From positions 256,001 to 320,000 of the forward strand of contig OZ244160.1 of the NCBI GenBank assembly GCA_965216325.1: a DNA stretch of 64,000 nucleotides, written 5' to 3'. Both the position numbers and the translations under genes were made by a program. Each line of letters starts with the position of its first letter. Position 1 is the first letter of the stretch. Shown piece by piece: positions 18,091 to 29,200 of this stretch. This DNA comes from Coraliomargarita sp. Lineage in GTDB: Bacteria > Verrucomicrobiota > Verrucomicrobiia > Opitutales > Coraliomargaritaceae. The notes beneath the pieces are model-generated. The model had not been told where the DNA came from and did no database searches. It saw only the letters and a list, made by a program, of their open reading frames with translations.

Positions 18091-19062
18091 ATGAAAGTTT
18101 TTGTAATCGGAAATGGCGGCTGGGGTACCGCGCTCGGTATGGTGCTCGCCGGAAATGGTAACGATGTTACGGTCTGGGGACCTTTTGAAGACGAACTCAG
18201 TGAGATCCGTGAGCGTGGCGAGAATCCCGCCTACCTCCCGGGCGTTCAGGTCCCCACAGAGATTTCTTGGACGGCTGATCCTGCCGAGGTGAGCGATGCC
18301 GACCTTGTCGTCGTGGTGACTCCCTCACGCTTCTATCGCTCGTCGCTAGAGACCTTTAAGCCGCACCTGCCAGCAGACGCGTTACTGGTCAGTGCGACCA
18401 AGGGGCTGGATGAAAGCACGCACCAACGCATGAGCGAGGTGGCGAAAGATGTTTTGGGTAAAGACATTGCGATTCTGTCGGGTCCTTCGCATGCTGAAGA
18501 GGTTGCACGAGGGGTGCCCACCGCAGTGACGATTGCCGGTGAACATGCCGAGCAGATGCAGCAGGCCTTCATGGGGGAAACTTTTCGTGTCTATACCTCA
18601 GACGACCCACTAGGCGTCGAAATTGGCGGCACCTTAAAAAACATCATTGCCGTGGCGGCAGGGATTCTGGATGGCATTGGCTTGGGCGATAACAGTAAGG
18701 CTGCGCTCATGACGCGTGGCCTCGCGGAGATTTCACGCTTGGGTGTGTGCCTTGGGGCCAAGCCGGAAACGTTCTCCGGTCTGAGTGGCATTGGGGATTT
18801 GATGGTTACCTGTGCGAGCCGTCACAGTCGCAATCGTTCGGTTGGTGAACGACTCGGTAAGGGCGAAAGTCTCGAGCAAATCATGGGCAGCATGAAGCAA
18901 GTCGCTGAGGGCATTTGGAATGCCAAGGCGGCTCGCGATCTTGCGGCCGAGCACAACATCCAAATGCCGATTACCGAAGAGGTGTGTAAGATCGTCGAAG
19001 AGGGTAAAGACCCTCGTCAAGCACTCAAAGATCTGATGTCTCGTGATCCGCGAGCGGAGTAA
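18091..19062 (+). CDS. gpsA: NAD(P)H-dependent glycerol-3-phosphate dehydrogenase
   Basis: GNGGWGTALG, ATKGL, LSGPSHA, GGTLKNIIA, GIGDLMVTC, SRN. Confidence 0.96.
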   Translation: MKVFVIGNGGWGTALGMVLAGNGNDVTVWGPFEDELSEIRERGENPAYLPGVQVPTEISWTADPAEVSDADLVVVVTPSRFYRSSLETFKPHLPADALLVSATKGLDESTHQRMSEVAKDVLGKDIAILSGPSHAEEVARGVPTAVTIAGEHAEQMQQAFMGETFRVYTSDDPLGVEIGGTLKNIIAVAAGILDGIGLGDNSKAALMTRGLAEISRLGVCLGAKPETFSGLSGIGDLMVTCASRHSRNRSVGERLGKGESLEQIMGSMKQVAEGIWNAKAARDLAAEHNIQMPITEEVCKIVEEGKDPRQALKDLMSRDPRAE

Positions 19063-19089
19063 GCTCGTTTGCTTGTGTTGAGCGGTGTG

Positions 19090-19425
19090 CTATTCCGCAC
19101 GGAACTCATTAATGTCATAGAGGAAGTCTTCGCCGTCGGAGAGATAGAGCCGGTTCGCTTTGGTGATGTATTCGATGTTTTCCGGATCGGCGTTTTCGGG
19201 GATCAGGTTGATGATGTTGCGCGCATCGGTAAGCGAGATGACTTGGGTCCGTTTTTCGGGCTTCTTCTCAAATTTTTTATAGAGGCTCATGATAAACACA
19301 TAGCCGGTTACGCGGACCGTGTGTTCGTTAGATGACTCGACTTCACCGATAAAATGTCGCCGTTGGTCGCCTTCAAAATTGCGTCGGAATGCAACAAAGA
19401 TGCGTTCGCCTTTTTTCAGTGTCAT
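19090..19425 (-). CDS. Hypothetical protein
   Basis: About 111 aa, RRNFEGDQRRHFIGEV; start chosen at MTLKK. Confidence 0.55.
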   Translation of the reverse strand: MTLKKGERIFVAFRRNFEGDQRRHFIGEVESSNEHTVRVTGYVFIMSLYKKFEKKPEKRTQVISLTDARNIINLIPENADPENIEYITKANRLYLSDGEDFLYDINEFRAE

Positions 19426-19508
19426 AGTGGATATAGGAATGGGGGTGCGGTTTCGGGAGAGTTTGTTGGGGGCTATTTTCAAGCGGCTTCGCTTGGCATT
19501 GGCGAGTG

Positions 19509-20006
19509 TTAGCGGAGGGAGTCCACTGATTCTACTTGGTTAATCAACCAGCCGTCTTCGGTGGATACAAAGTGAAACAGAAAGTCCTGTAGGGCAGGGT
19601 TGGGCTCGCCGGTGACTTGTGCGTGACCAGTTGCTTCTACGGTTGCAGTCAGTGCATCGTCAGCCAGTTCGATTTCGATATCGACCAGACGGGCGCTGAG
19701 TCCACTGGCTTGCCTGCGCGCGGCGATTGCAGCGCCCTGAATCGCTTCGCGGCCAGTCAAGCTTTGCTGGCGGAGACCAGGCACTCGAATGCTCACGATC
19801 ACATTTTCGGTGAACAAGCTACCCAAGCGCTTGGCTTTGGTGACCGCACTCAGATCGGACTCCTTTGCATTAAAGGATACCAGCTCTTCAAGTGCTTCCA
19901 GTTGTTGTCGTATACGCGCTTCCGGTCCGGCGAAAATACCCAGTAGTAAATAGCCGAAAAATGCGAATGAGAAGAGCGCGAATGCGATTTGTAGTGAGCG
20001 ATTCAA
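19509..20006 (-). CDS. Membrane-anchored NTF2/SnoaL-like protein
   Basis: N-terminal TM helix; LTGREAI...ATVEAT...DGWLINQVE. Confidence 0.55.
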   Translation of the reverse strand: MNRSLQIAFALFSFAFFGYLLLGIFAGPEARIRQQLEALEELVSFNAKESDLSAVTKAKRLGSLFTENVIVSIRVPGLRQQSLTGREAIQGAAIAARRQASGLSARLVDIEIELADDALTATVEATGHAQVTGEPNPALQDFLFHFVSTEDGWLINQVESVDSLR

Positions 20007-20503
20007 AAGATTACCTTTCCAACGATACGGGATTCTGTGGTGCGACCGAATAAGTGCTGAGTCAGTGGCATCGAGCGGTTGTCGCCGACGACGAAATATT
20101 CATTTGCTGCGCAACTAACTGCCGCCTTGCTCCAATTCGAGTTAAAGCTGAGATAAGGCTCTTCGACTGCAATGCCGTCAACGATCAATCGTCCATTCTC
20201 AAAGCCAATTGCTTCGCCCGGTAGACCGACCACGCGCTTGAGTAGGAAGAGACTACGGCCAGAATCTCGCAGACGCACGGCGACGATATCGCCCCGTTGC
20301 GGAGAAGACCAAAGATAAGCGAGTCGATTCGCGACTGCGAATTCGCCACTGCTATAAGAGGGCTCCATACTCTCACCTTGTAGCCGTAGGGGAGCCAGGA
20401 TGACTCTAAACATTACGATGGAGGTAATGACCAGAATCAGGACCCGAAGCAGAGTGCGTCGCAACTGTGTGCCGATGAGGAGCCGTTTTAGAATCGCAGA
20501 CAT
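20003..20503 (-). CDS. lepB: Signal peptidase I
   Basis: GESMEPS (Ser), [11 protein letters not shown] (Lys), YFVVGDNR. Confidence 0.9.
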   Translation of the reverse strand: MSAILKRLLIGTQLRRTLLRVLILVITSIVMFRVILAPLRLQGESMEPSYSSGEFAVANRLAYLWSSPQRGDIVAVRLRDSGRSLFLLKRVVGLPGEAIGFENGRLIVDGIAVEEPYLSFNSNWSKAAVSCAANEYFVVGDNRSMPLTQHLFGRTTESRIVGKVIF

Positions 20504-20633
20504 GTCGAAGCATTAGCACAAGGTTTCGTCCATGTGAAAGCTCAATCTGCCAACGAGTTGCAGAATCTGATCCTGATGGAATGAGGTTGCATTCGTGGTG
20601 GTATTCGACTATAAAAACCGAAGGAGGTTTAAG

Positions 20634-21122
20634 ATGAAAAATGTATCCGTTTCACCCCTTGTCTTGGTGGGAATTATACTAGCACTCATACTGTCCTTGG
20701 GAGCGTTGTTGTTTACCCAACGAGTCGTTGAGGACTCACCCAAAGGGTTTGTCCTACCCGCAGGAGATCCAGTTAAAGGCAGGCAAGCCTTTGTCGATCT
20801 TGGCTGTGTGAACTGTCACTCCGTTTACGGCGAGACATTTGCGACTGAGCCTAGTGTCAATTCTGAGTGGGTCATTCCGCTTGGGGGTGAATTGCCTATG
20901 GCAGTCAGTTATGGCCGTTTGGTCACCTCGATCATCCATCCATCGGAGTCAACGCGTTCCAGTAGCGATGTCTATGTCGGAGAAGACGGCGAATCCTTAA
21001 TGCCTGAATACAAAAGCGTGATGACGGTTGAACAAATGACCGACTTGGTCGATTTCTTACAAGATCACTATGACGTCGTCAGCGTGTATGATTATGGGCA
21101 TAACCCGGTACTGTATCCATAG
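20634..21122 (+). CDS. Monoheme c-type cytochrome
   Basis: GDPVKGRQAF, CVNCH heme motif, distal MP. Confidence 0.85.
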   Translation: MKNVSVSPLVLVGIILALILSLGALLFTQRVVEDSPKGFVLPAGDPVKGRQAFVDLGCVNCHSVYGETFATEPSVNSEWVIPLGGELPMAVSYGRLVTSIIHPSESTRSSSDVYVGEDGESLMPEYKSVMTVEQMTDLVDFLQDHYDVVSVYDYGHNPVLYP

Positions 21123-21251
21123 CTAGTAGCCTTTGCTTTTACAGTGTTTGCGCAATGCAGATCTGATCATGAGAACTGCTGGTGGAGGCGCGTCTATCCT
21201 TCGGGAGTACTTTCTGGGAATAAGCGCGAGTTTTGTAGCTCCTCTTTATCT

Positions 21252-21950
21252 ATGCGTAGAACACTCTCATTATTGATCGTTTTATCGATGACGCAGCTCG
21301 TTGCTGAATCGGTGCTGCAGAAACAACTCGACCAAAAGAAGGCGTCTTCGCCGATTGATGCGACTACCCGCGCAACGATGCAGGCTGCAATCGATGAACT
21401 CGCCGCGACACAGATCACGAAGCACGCGGTTCAAGCTGGTGATGCCGCTCCGGATTTCTCGGCGCCGCGAGTGGACGGAACAGGGACGCTCGAGCTATCG
21501 AGTGCGTTTGAATCAGGCCCTGTGGTGCTGGTCTATTACCGTGGAGACTGGTGTCCGTATTGTAACCTCCAGCTTGTCGAGTATAACAAGTATGTAGAGC
21601 AATTTGCTGAGTATGACGCGCAAGTAGTCGCACTGAGCCCGCAGACTGCGGAGAATAGCAAATACTCTGGCGAGGCGAATCCCTTTGAGTTTACCATCGT
21701 TACGGATCCGGACAACGAGATTGCGCGTCGCTACGGTATCGCCTTCGAACTCCCCGAGGAAATTGACACCTTGTATACAAAGTTCGGCTTCGATCTACAC
21801 ATCGAAAATGATTCCGAACGTGCGGAACTACCGCTTGCTGCGACCTATGTCATCGGTCGCGATGGTGAGGTTGTTTATAGCTTTCTGGATGCCGACTACA
21901 CGAAGCGTGCGGAACCTGATGAGATTCTTGAAGTGTTAAAGGCGTTGTAG
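21252..21950 (+). CDS. Peroxiredoxin-like AhpC/TSA family protein
   Basis: YYRGDWCPYCNLQL, ELPLAATYVI, DADYTKRAEP; signal peptide. Confidence 0.88.
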   Translation: MRRTLSLLIVLSMTQLVAESVLQKQLDQKKASSPIDATTRATMQAAIDELAATQITKHAVQAGDAAPDFSAPRVDGTGTLELSSAFESGPVVLVYYRGDWCPYCNLQLVEYNKYVEQFAEYDAQVVALSPQTAENSKYSGEANPFEFTIVTDPDNEIARRYGIAFELPEEIDTLYTKFGFDLHIENDSERAELPLAATYVIGRDGEVVYSFLDADYTKRAEPDEILEVLKAL

Positions 21951-21978
21951 TTGTGGCCGATCTACAGGCTTCGAGGTC

Positions 21979-22049
21979 GGTAGGGTGTGTTATACTTAAC
22001 GCGCCGAGACGATTCCGTTGACGGTTCGATAAGGATATCGAACCCTACC
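21979..22049. repeat. GTAG-type REP inverted pair between convergent genes
   Basis: ggtagggtgtgttatacttaacgcgcc ... cggttcgataaggatatcgaaccctacc. Confidence 0.6.
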
Positions 22050-22052
22050 TGT

Positions 22053-23864
22053 TTACAGTCCTTCAAGTCCATACGGCATGCGCGCATACACATAGCGTGG
22101 GTCGTTCAGTGCACGGATCGTCCGAGTGATTGCCTCCATATGTGAACCGATTTCGTTTACTGGATGTGGTCCACGAGCGATTGGTGCAGCTCCGCTCTCT
22201 TCAAGCCATTTGGCCAATGTCTCGGCAAAGTTGGCAGGCCCGGGAACTTGCTCAATTGCGAGCTCTTTGAGTTCGCCGAGCTGTGTGGCTTCGGTGATGG
22301 CTTCATTGAGTCCACCACGTTTATCGGTCAGCTTGAGTTGCTGGGCACTGAGGCCGCTCCAGACGCGTCCCTGTGCCAGGTTGCGCACCTTGCTGCTCTC
22401 CAAGTTGCGACCTTCAGCGACTTTCTCGATAAAGGCGTCATAGATTTCGTCGGTAAAGCTTTGTATGAGCTCCATCTCACGTTCGGTGCGTGGACGACTC
22501 GGGGACTCGATGTCTGCGAACGGAGCGGTTTTGACTCCATCGAAATACACGTCGAATGCTGCCGCGGCTTCTTCGATGTTGAAAATCAGGCCAAACACCC
22601 CGATCGATCCGGTAATTGTGTAGGGCTGTGCATAGATCGTATCCGCATATGCCGAGATCCAATAACCCCCACTGGCCGCATAGCTGCCCATGGAGACGAT
22701 GACGGGCTTTTGTGTGGAGAGCAGTCGTGTTTCGCGCTGAATGACCTCCGACGCGATGGCACTGCCGCCAGGGCTATTGATGCGCAGCACCACGGCTTTG
22801 ACCGCATCGTCGTGACGCAGGCGACGTAGCTCCTCTGCCAGCCAGTCGCCTCCGACATAACCGGGGTATTTTCCCCCATCGACGATATCACCTTCGGCAT
22901 AAACGACGGCAATGCGCTCTCCAGTCTTAACTGAGGTGCTCAGATCGAGGCCATTCGCATAAGCATAGTCCATAAGGTCGATTTGACGGAAGGTGTTTTT
23001 ACGCTCAGCCGGAGCGTGTGTTTCGGAGAGCTGTTGGATTATTTCATCCAAGTAGCCGATCCGATCCACCAGATCTACATTCAGTGCAGTATCTGCGGTG
23101 AAGAACGCTTCTTGGGCACTGAGTTGGTTCAATGTTTGAAACTCGATGCCGCGCTCGTTGCTGACCTCGGCCAGTAGACTGTGCCACAGGTCGTTAAGTA
23201 AGGTGGTCATTTGCTGGCGGTCGGCATCGCTCATGCTGCTACGGGTGAACAACTCGACCGCAGATTTGTAGTCACCAACGCGTGTGGTTTGCACTCCGAT
23301 GCCATATTTTTCAAGTGCGCTGCCAAGAAAGGGCGCCGTGCTTGCGAGGCCGTTGAGTGAGACGGTTCCAAAGGGGTGAATCCATACTTCGTCGGCTACC
23401 GATTGGAGGTAGTAGTCCTTCTGGGTGGGACTGACCAAATAGGCGTAGACAGGTTTACCCGAGCGCTTGAATGCTTGAATCGCCTCGCGCACTTCCGAGA
23501 CTGCGGCCAACCCAGAGCCGTAGTTGCGGGCTTGGAGACTGCCATGCAAGAGTAGCGCGCTAATTGCCTCGTCACTCGCTGCGAGTTGGATGCTCTGAAC
23601 GACCTGAAGCAGGTGAGTCGTTGGTTGTGCTTGTCCACTGAGTGCTTCTTGCAGCACAGCCTCAAAGTTGGACAGGGGAGGTGCGTCTTGAATATTCGTA
23701 TTCAGATCGAGCACCAGCACGCTGTTCGTTTCGACTTCGACGATGGGGCTCTCTGCGACCGAGACCATAATCACGAGCACAAGGATAAGTGTGAACGCAG
23801 CTCCAAAGCAGATTAGAGTAAATGCGAGGAGAGAGCCTAATAGGCTTTGAAAAAATCCTTTCAT
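22053..23864 (-). CDS. sppA: Signal peptide peptidase SppA (67K type)
   Basis: YKSAVE, LRINSPGGS, SMGSYAASGGYWIS, TGSIGV, AQGRVWSG. Confidence 0.95.
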   Translation of the reverse strand: MKGFFQSLLGSLLAFTLICFGAAFTLILVLVIMVSVAESPIVEVETNSVLVLDLNTNIQDAPPLSNFEAVLQEALSGQAQPTTHLLQVVQSIQLAASDEAISALLLHGSLQARNYGSGLAAVSEVREAIQAFKRSGKPVYAYLVSPTQKDYYLQSVADEVWIHPFGTVSLNGLASTAPFLGSALEKYGIGVQTTRVGDYKSAVELFTRSSMSDADRQQMTTLLNDLWHSLLAEVSNERGIEFQTLNQLSAQEAFFTADTALNVDLVDRIGYLDEIIQQLSETHAPAERKNTFRQIDLMDYAYANGLDLSTSVKTGERIAVVYAEGDIVDGGKYPGYVGGDWLAEELRRLRHDDAVKAVVLRINSPGGSAIASEVIQRETRLLSTQKPVIVSMGSYAASGGYWISAYADTIYAQPYTITGSIGVFGLIFNIEEAAAAFDVYFDGVKTAPFADIESPSRPRTEREMELIQSFTDEIYDAFIEKVAEGRNLESSKVRNLAQGRVWSGLSAQQLKLTDKRGGLNEAITEATQLGELKELAIEQVPGPANFAETLAKWLEESGAAPIARGPHPVNEIGSHMEAITRTIRALNDPRYVYARMPYGLEGL

Positions 23865-23953
23865 GTCGCCGACTTTCAGCGAAAGCTGGCAATGCTGGCA
23901 ACCTCCAATGCGCCGAATCAAACATCTGTTCGAGTCATCAGGAGTCTGTCGTC

Positions 23954-24628
23954 CTAAGATCTAAGTATACTTGAGTGCTTCCTGTGCATCTCCAGATTGT
24001 CTACGATAGATACGCTTGCTGTGCTAGCGCGTCCACTGGCAATCATGGCCTGCGCAACTGTCTTCGGCGTGATTGGCTTGAGTTGGCGAAGCTTGCCAAA
24101 TAGTAGTGGGCTGAGACTGTTGAGCACTAGGGTTGCAATGCGTTCGCCGAGTCTGGTTTGACTGCGTCGCGTATCCAACAACGATGGCCTGAAAAGGCTG
24201 AGCGATTCGAATTCAAGCGCGATCAATGCCGCTTCCATTTCACCTTTAGTGCGGCTGTAAAAGTTACGTGAATGCGTATTCGCACCGATTGCGCTGACTG
24301 CACAAAAGTGATTCGTGTTCAATGTGCGACAGTGCGTTGCGAATGTGACGACTAAATCATGATCGACTTCTCTGAAGGCTTCGCGACTTCCAGCCTGTTT
24401 GATTGTCGTCCCAAGGCAGCAGTAGGCATGCACTTGACCCTTATGGTTGATGCTCCCGCTCAGATCTTCCAGTGAGGTCAACCATGTGAGCTTTGGGTGT
24501 TGGACAGGTGCTGGCTTGCGTGCCAGCACGACGACCGAATTATAGTAGCTGTCATCTAGGCAGAGTTTGAGTAACTCGCTTCCGACTGCTCCGGTGGCCC
24601 CATAGATGACTGCACAACTCAAACTCAT
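23954..24628 (-). CDS. NAD(P)-binding protein, TIP30/YraR-like
   Basis: GATGAVG, CCLGTTIKQAGS, FYSRTKGEME, RPSLL. Confidence 0.85.
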   Translation of the reverse strand: MSLSCAVIYGATGAVGSELLKLCLDDSYYNSVVVLARKPAPVQHPKLTWLTSLEDLSGSINHKGQVHAYCCLGTTIKQAGSREAFREVDHDLVVTFATHCRTLNTNHFCAVSAIGANTHSRNFYSRTKGEMEAALIALEFESLSLFRPSLLDTRRSQTRLGERIATLVLNSLSPLLFGKLRQLKPITPKTVAQAMIASGRASTASVSIVDNLEMHRKHSSILRS

Positions 24629-24881
24629 TGCTCGGACCCTTAGCGTATCGCGAAGGAATTGCGAGCTAAGCCGGTGGATAGGCAAACATTCTAGCGAATG
24701 TGTCGGATTAAGGGGGCTTTGTGGCGGTATTAGTATTTGGTGTAGTGTTGCTTAGGATTATGGTGTCGGTGGAACTTGGTATGCTTTCTTCGGTCCCTAT
24801 GAGACGCATCGGTTTGAATGTGTTGCTTAGGGGCGGGGTGCCCTTGGGTTTATCGGCTGAGTTGCCGATGCGCTTCGAATC

Positions 24882-25376
24882 ATGCGTCCATATATCATGC
24901 TTATCACATGGCTACTCGCGGCCAGCCTTTCGACTCCGAGTGTGCTTGCGTTGGCTGGGGATGCCGTTGAGGAAGCCTTTAGTCTAGCGGGTGAGACCGC
25001 TGGGAATGTCGATGCAATGGGGGAACTTGAGGCAGAAGGTTTGCGTATGAATGTGCACGATGCCCCTGAAGCCAGTGGCCCAGTTCAGAGCATTGCCGAT
25101 ATTCACAGTAATCCGCTCTTTTCGCTTTTTCAGTTCTCGGGCGACGAGGTCTATTCGATTATCGGTACTAGTATGCCGCTTAGTTCTACGGACATGGCCA
25201 AGGCTCAAAAGCAGCTACTGGAGGGAAGCGCCGTTGCTGGGCTCGATTTAGAATCTGTGAGCGGTGGCTTTGAGTCGATCCCTCTCATCGCGGTTCCAGA
25301 GTTTGCATTGTATGCGATGTCGATGTCGCTTTTCATTGCATGGGTTGCCAATCGACGCTGTGGGCCGCGGCGATAA
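24882..25376 (+). CDS. Secreted protein with PEP-CTERM-like sorting tail
   Basis: Signal peptide; AVPEF + hydrophobic helix + RRCGPRR. Confidence 0.55.
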   Translation: MRPYIMLITWLLAASLSTPSVLALAGDAVEEAFSLAGETAGNVDAMGELEAEGLRMNVHDAPEASGPVQSIADIHSNPLFSLFQFSGDEVYSIIGTSMPLSSTDMAKAQKQLLEGSAVAGLDLESVSGGFESIPLIAVPEFALYAMSMSLFIAWVANRRCGPRR

Positions 25377-25472
25377 GTTGACTGGCTGCTGACAGTGCGT
25401 CGTGGTTGAACTGCGCAATGCAAAAACTGTGTGACGAATCTGTGCGGAGGTTCGTTTGATACCTCTGAGGCC

Positions 25473-25838
25473 TTATGCGCGGCGGTAGTCATATTCGATC
25501 ACGTAGAACTCGGCATTGAGGCCAGCGAACGGTTCACGCAATTTAGCGAGCTCCTCAGCCGGGCCGTGGATTTCGAGGCGAGTCAGCTCGACGAGTGCAA
25601 GCGCGTCTTCGAATTCGGCGGCTACGTTCTCCGCGTGAAAGAGCAAGGCTTCGGCATTCTCATAGCTTTCACGGCAGAAGGCGCGGTCACCCTCAAAACT
25701 AAAGCCATAGTTCAGACAGCCCGGCTCATTCTTGATCTTTTCCATGAAGCGCTCGCAGATTGCTTTGAATGCATCGAGCTTGCCTTCGGGGATTTTGAAG
25801 TAGGGGTGGATGGAGCAGGAGGTGTTTTCACTATGCAT
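25473..25838 (-). CDS. ABM/quinol monooxygenase-like protein
   Basis: FKIPEGKLDAF...NEPGCLNYGF...ESYENAEALLFH. Confidence 0.75.
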   Translation of the reverse strand: MHSENTSCSIHPYFKIPEGKLDAFKAICERFMEKIKNEPGCLNYGFSFEGDRAFCRESYENAEALLFHAENVAAEFEDALALVELTRLEIHGPAEELAKLREPFAGLNAEFYVIEYDYRRA

Positions 25839-25936
25839 GCTGAATTTGCTAGGTCACCGATTGGGCTGAGTCAATTGTTGTGGTTCCATTAAGTATAGCG
25901 TAAAGCCGTGAATGGATCCTTGTTAGTCGCTGTGGG

Positions 25937-26470
25937 TTATTGTTCTGTCGTGGTATTCACCACCTGCGTGCCAATGATTAGCTGCTTGTATTGTTGCCAG
26001 CTGACTTGGTCGGAGCCGGTGCAGAAGAAGTTGACCCAGTCGTCGTCGGCTTGCATGAGCACGCCGCGGAGTTCCATCTGGTTGTATTTCGATTGCTTGA
26101 GTGGCTGTGAGTAAAAGATAAAATTGTCACGGGCGAGGGAACGTCCGGGGTTCGGGTGCATGCCTTGTTCGCGGGCGGCATTAATCCATGGGGCAAAGGT
26201 GGCTTCGATGAGCTCATCGGAGTAGGCCACGCTGGAGCTTGGATGCTCGACCTTGAGCACCGAAATCGTAAGCTTCTGATGCGTTGTCGGGTTCTCGAAC
26301 TTCGCGTGGGTGATCTTGCCGCGATTGGGAATTTGCTTGGTCGACGAGTCGAGATAGGCCCAGCCAGAGGGCACGGTGTAAATGATGGTGTCTGCAATTT
26401 TGAGGCTTTGAGCAAATAGTGTTCGACCAGAAATGGCGAGTAATAGGCAGGTCAGGAGTAACGTCTTCAT
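25937..26470 (-). CDS. Hypothetical secreted protein
   Basis: Signal peptide; 177 aa. Confidence 0.6.
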   Translation of the reverse strand: MKTLLLTCLLLAISGRTLFAQSLKIADTIIYTVPSGWAYLDSSTKQIPNRGKITHAKFENPTTHQKLTISVLKVEHPSSSVAYSDELIEATFAPWINAAREQGMHPNPGRSLARDNFIFYSQPLKQSKYNQMELRGVLMQADDDWVNFFCTGSDQVSWQQYKQLIIGTQVVNTTTEQ

Positions 26471-26558
26471 CGTAGGTTAGTAAATGCGCGCTAATCTCTA
26501 GCGTGAGAAGCTTGATTTGGCGAGCCGATTCGCACGGTGGCAGAGTCGATCACTTTGC

Positions 26559-28607
26559 TTAGCGGCTCTTGCTGCAGAAGTTCTCGATGACTACGCTGAG
26601 TTCCTCGCGTATGACCGGTTTGGACAAATAGCCATCCATACCAGCCTCTAGGCAGCGTTCCTTCATGCCGGTCATGGCCCAGGCAGTCACGGCAATGATG
26701 ATAGATGGCTGGGCCGTTCTGTGGTCGGCTAGTACCTCATCTTCGCGGATCCGTGCGGTGAGTTCAAAGCCATCCATGTCGGGCATGTTGACGTCCATGA
26801 ACAAAACGTCGTAGTGTTGCTGTTGCATACGCTCAAGACACTCCGAGGCATTGTAGGCGATGTCGCAGCTGTATCCGTCCTTATTGAGCAGGGTGGCCAA
26901 TAGGCTGGCATTCACCTCATTGTCTTCGATGACGAGCATCTTCAAGCGGCTCTCAATTAAGGGAGTGAGGGCTTGCTCACGGGTGCTGTTCGGCGTTGGC
27001 GCAACAAACTCTTTCGGAGCATGCACTGGGATCGAGAAGTGAAAGCTGGAGCCAACCTTTGGCTGACTGGTTAGTTTGATTGAGCCACCGAGCATTTCGC
27101 AGAGTCGCTTGGTAATCGCGAGCCCCAGGCCCACGCCTTCGTATTTGCGTGTAGGGGAAGAGTCCATTTGAGTGAAGACTTCAAATAAGCGCTTTTGATC
27201 CTGCTCGGAAATGCCGATGCCGGTGTCGACGACTGCACACTCGAGAATGCCAAGCGCTCCGTCTGAGTGGGTTGGTTCATACAAGCCGACGAAGCCGATG
27301 CGAACAGTGATTGAGCCTTCATTGGTAAACTTAATCGCATTGCCAACGAGATTGATCAGAATTTGCCGGACGCGTGTTGAGTCGGATTCAATCAGCTCGG
27401 GCACACCCGTTTCAATCTCTGTGATCAGCTCGACGGGCTTGCCGTCGACTTGTTTCTCGAGGATTTTGATGACGTCCGCAACTAGCTCGTGGATGTTAAA
27501 GTTGCTCTGTTCCATTTCCAGGCGACCGGCTTCAATTTTTGAGAAGTCCAGAATGTCGTCGAGTAGACGTAACAAGGTTTCGCCACTGTTGTGAATCACA
27601 TCGATGAACTCACGTTGCTCCTCATCCAGTTCGGTGTCTTTGAGCAGTGAGGTGAAACCAATCACGCCATTCATTGGTGTGCGGATTTCATGGCTCATTG
27701 AAGCGAGGAACTCCGACTTGACCCGGTTGGCTTGCTCGGCGGCGTCCTTAGCGTCTCGCAAGCTTTGCGACTCAAGTCGTTGTGCTTCGGACAGGCGTTC
27801 CTGTAGGCGCTTTTCACGCTCTTGGGCAAGGGCACGTTCTTCTTTTTCAATGTTCAGCTCTTCGATCCGTTTGGAAAGTTCCTCTGTTGTATGGCGCAGG
27901 CGTGCATCGGATTGTTGGATACGTGCCAACATCTCGTTGAAGGCACGCGAGAGTTGTCCGAGTTCGTCCGTGCTCTGGTGTTGTGAGCGCAGGCTGTAGT
28001 TCTCGGTGCGCGAGACTTCCCCGGCGACTTCGGCGAGTTCTTCGACTGGGGCGGAGACCCGGCGCAGGAAGCCGCGTGCGAGTTTGATTGCCAATACGCT
28101 ACTCAGAATGATGGTCAGAGTGGCGGTTAGTGCAGCACTGAGAATCGCAGATAGGACGGGTTTCTTGGAGGAGACGACGAGCACATGCCCGATGGGCGTG
28201 TTGTCTAGGGTAACGTTCTTTTGGACAGAGAGGCAGGGAGAGAAGGTGCTGCATTGCTCGGGGGTGGGGAGTGGCTTGCTTTCGTGATGATTATTTGGTC
28301 GGCTATATTCCGCGAAGAGCTCGCCGAATTCCGTGTAGAGTGCAGCGACCTCAATGTGTTCCTTGTAGCGAAGGGCGGAGAGTGTGACCTCAGCCTCGGA
28401 TTTCGAATCAAAGTAGAGCGAGGCCGCTATGTTGGACGCAAGAATCTCGCTGGTTGTCTCGATCTCATGCTGTAAGGCCGTGCTGGCAAGGCGCGCTTGA
28501 GAGACGATGTTCATCACGCAGCTGAGCGTAACTGCTAAAAGCGCCGCACAGGTAATAATGAGCGTCAGCTTGTTGCGTACGGGCAGTTCTGAAAAGCGTT
28601 GGAGCAT
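26559..28607 (-). CDS. Hybrid sensor histidine kinase (periplasmic sensor-HAMP-HisKA-HATPase-REC)
   Basis: [40 protein letters not shown]. Confidence 0.95.
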   Translation of the reverse strand: MLQRFSELPVRNKLTLIITCAALLAVTLSCVMNIVSQARLASTALQHEIETTSEILASNIAASLYFDSKSEAEVTLSALRYKEHIEVAALYTEFGELFAEYSRPNNHHESKPLPTPEQCSTFSPCLSVQKNVTLDNTPIGHVLVVSSKKPVLSAILSAALTATLTIILSSVLAIKLARGFLRRVSAPVEELAEVAGEVSRTENYSLRSQHQSTDELGQLSRAFNEMLARIQQSDARLRHTTEELSKRIEELNIEKEERALAQEREKRLQERLSEAQRLESQSLRDAKDAAEQANRVKSEFLASMSHEIRTPMNGVIGFTSLLKDTELDEEQREFIDVIHNSGETLLRLLDDILDFSKIEAGRLEMEQSNFNIHELVADVIKILEKQVDGKPVELITEIETGVPELIESDSTRVRQILINLVGNAIKFTNEGSITVRIGFVGLYEPTHSDGALGILECAVVDTGIGISEQDQKRLFEVFTQMDSSPTRKYEGVGLGLAITKRLCEMLGGSIKLTSQPKVGSSFHFSIPVHAPKEFVAPTPNSTREQALTPLIESRLKMLVIEDNEVNASLLATLLNKDGYSCDIAYNASECLERMQQQHYDVLFMDVNMPDMDGFELTARIREDEVLADHRTAQPSIIIAVTAWAMTGMKERCLEAGMDGYLSKPVIREELSVVIENFCSKSR

Positions 28608-28612
28608 GACCT

Positions 28613-29200
28613 CTAGAAGTTTACCTCCTTTGCATGACGCAGCAGATTGCCGCTGATTTCGAGTCCACTTGCTTGAACCCGATCCAAGTTGACCGAAAAC
28701 GCGAGCCGATCGTTTACGACTTCGACCAGAACCATGGCGCCTGCTTTGAAAATTATAGGATCAGTGGTGACGGTGAGGATCGGTCGTCGGCTGAGTGTGT
28801 TGTGTGCCTTAGTGAATTGCTGGAGTCGCTGGCCTGGGATGATGAGGACCTTACCGCCAGCGGGGAGCTGCTTTGGCGGGAAACGCTGCACGTGGACTGG
28901 GCGCTTGTGGATGGCTTGCCCCTCAATGACTCTGAAGGCGCTCCTGAGCGGACTATCACTCCATACAGCAAACAGGAAGGGCTGTTCTTCGGCCACCATC
29001 TCGGGCGGCCATACCGTGAACTTGGCGATGTTGTAGATCAGCAGTGCCTTGCCCTGATTCTCCTCGAGGATGGCAGGTTCAGTTGCGGCAGTCAGCGAGC
29101 TCAGGCTGAGGGCAAGACCGATGGCACCAAGCAGGCATCTCTGTAGGGACCGGATCACACTGGCTAAAAGTTGATGACCAAGCTGGCCGACATGCGCCAT
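28613..29200 (-). CDS. YfiR/HmsC-family periplasmic protein
   Basis: [25 protein letters not shown]...[13 protein letters not shown]; exact start uncertain. Confidence 0.85.
   Translation of the reverse strand: MAHVGQLGHQLLASVIRSLQRCLLGAIGLALSLSSLTAATEPAILEENQGKALLIYNIAKFTVWPPEMVAEEQPFLFAVWSDSPLRSAFRVIEGQAIHKRPVHVQRFPPKQLPAGGKVLIIPGQRLQQFTKAHNTLSRRPILTVTTDPIIFKAGAMVLVEVVNDRLAFSVNLDRVQASGLEISGNLLRHAKEVNF

Noticed and set aside
24737..24752. Sigma-54 promoter upstream of the PEP-CTERM-like gene
   Set aside because: GG-to-GC spacing is one base short of the strict -24/-12 consensus
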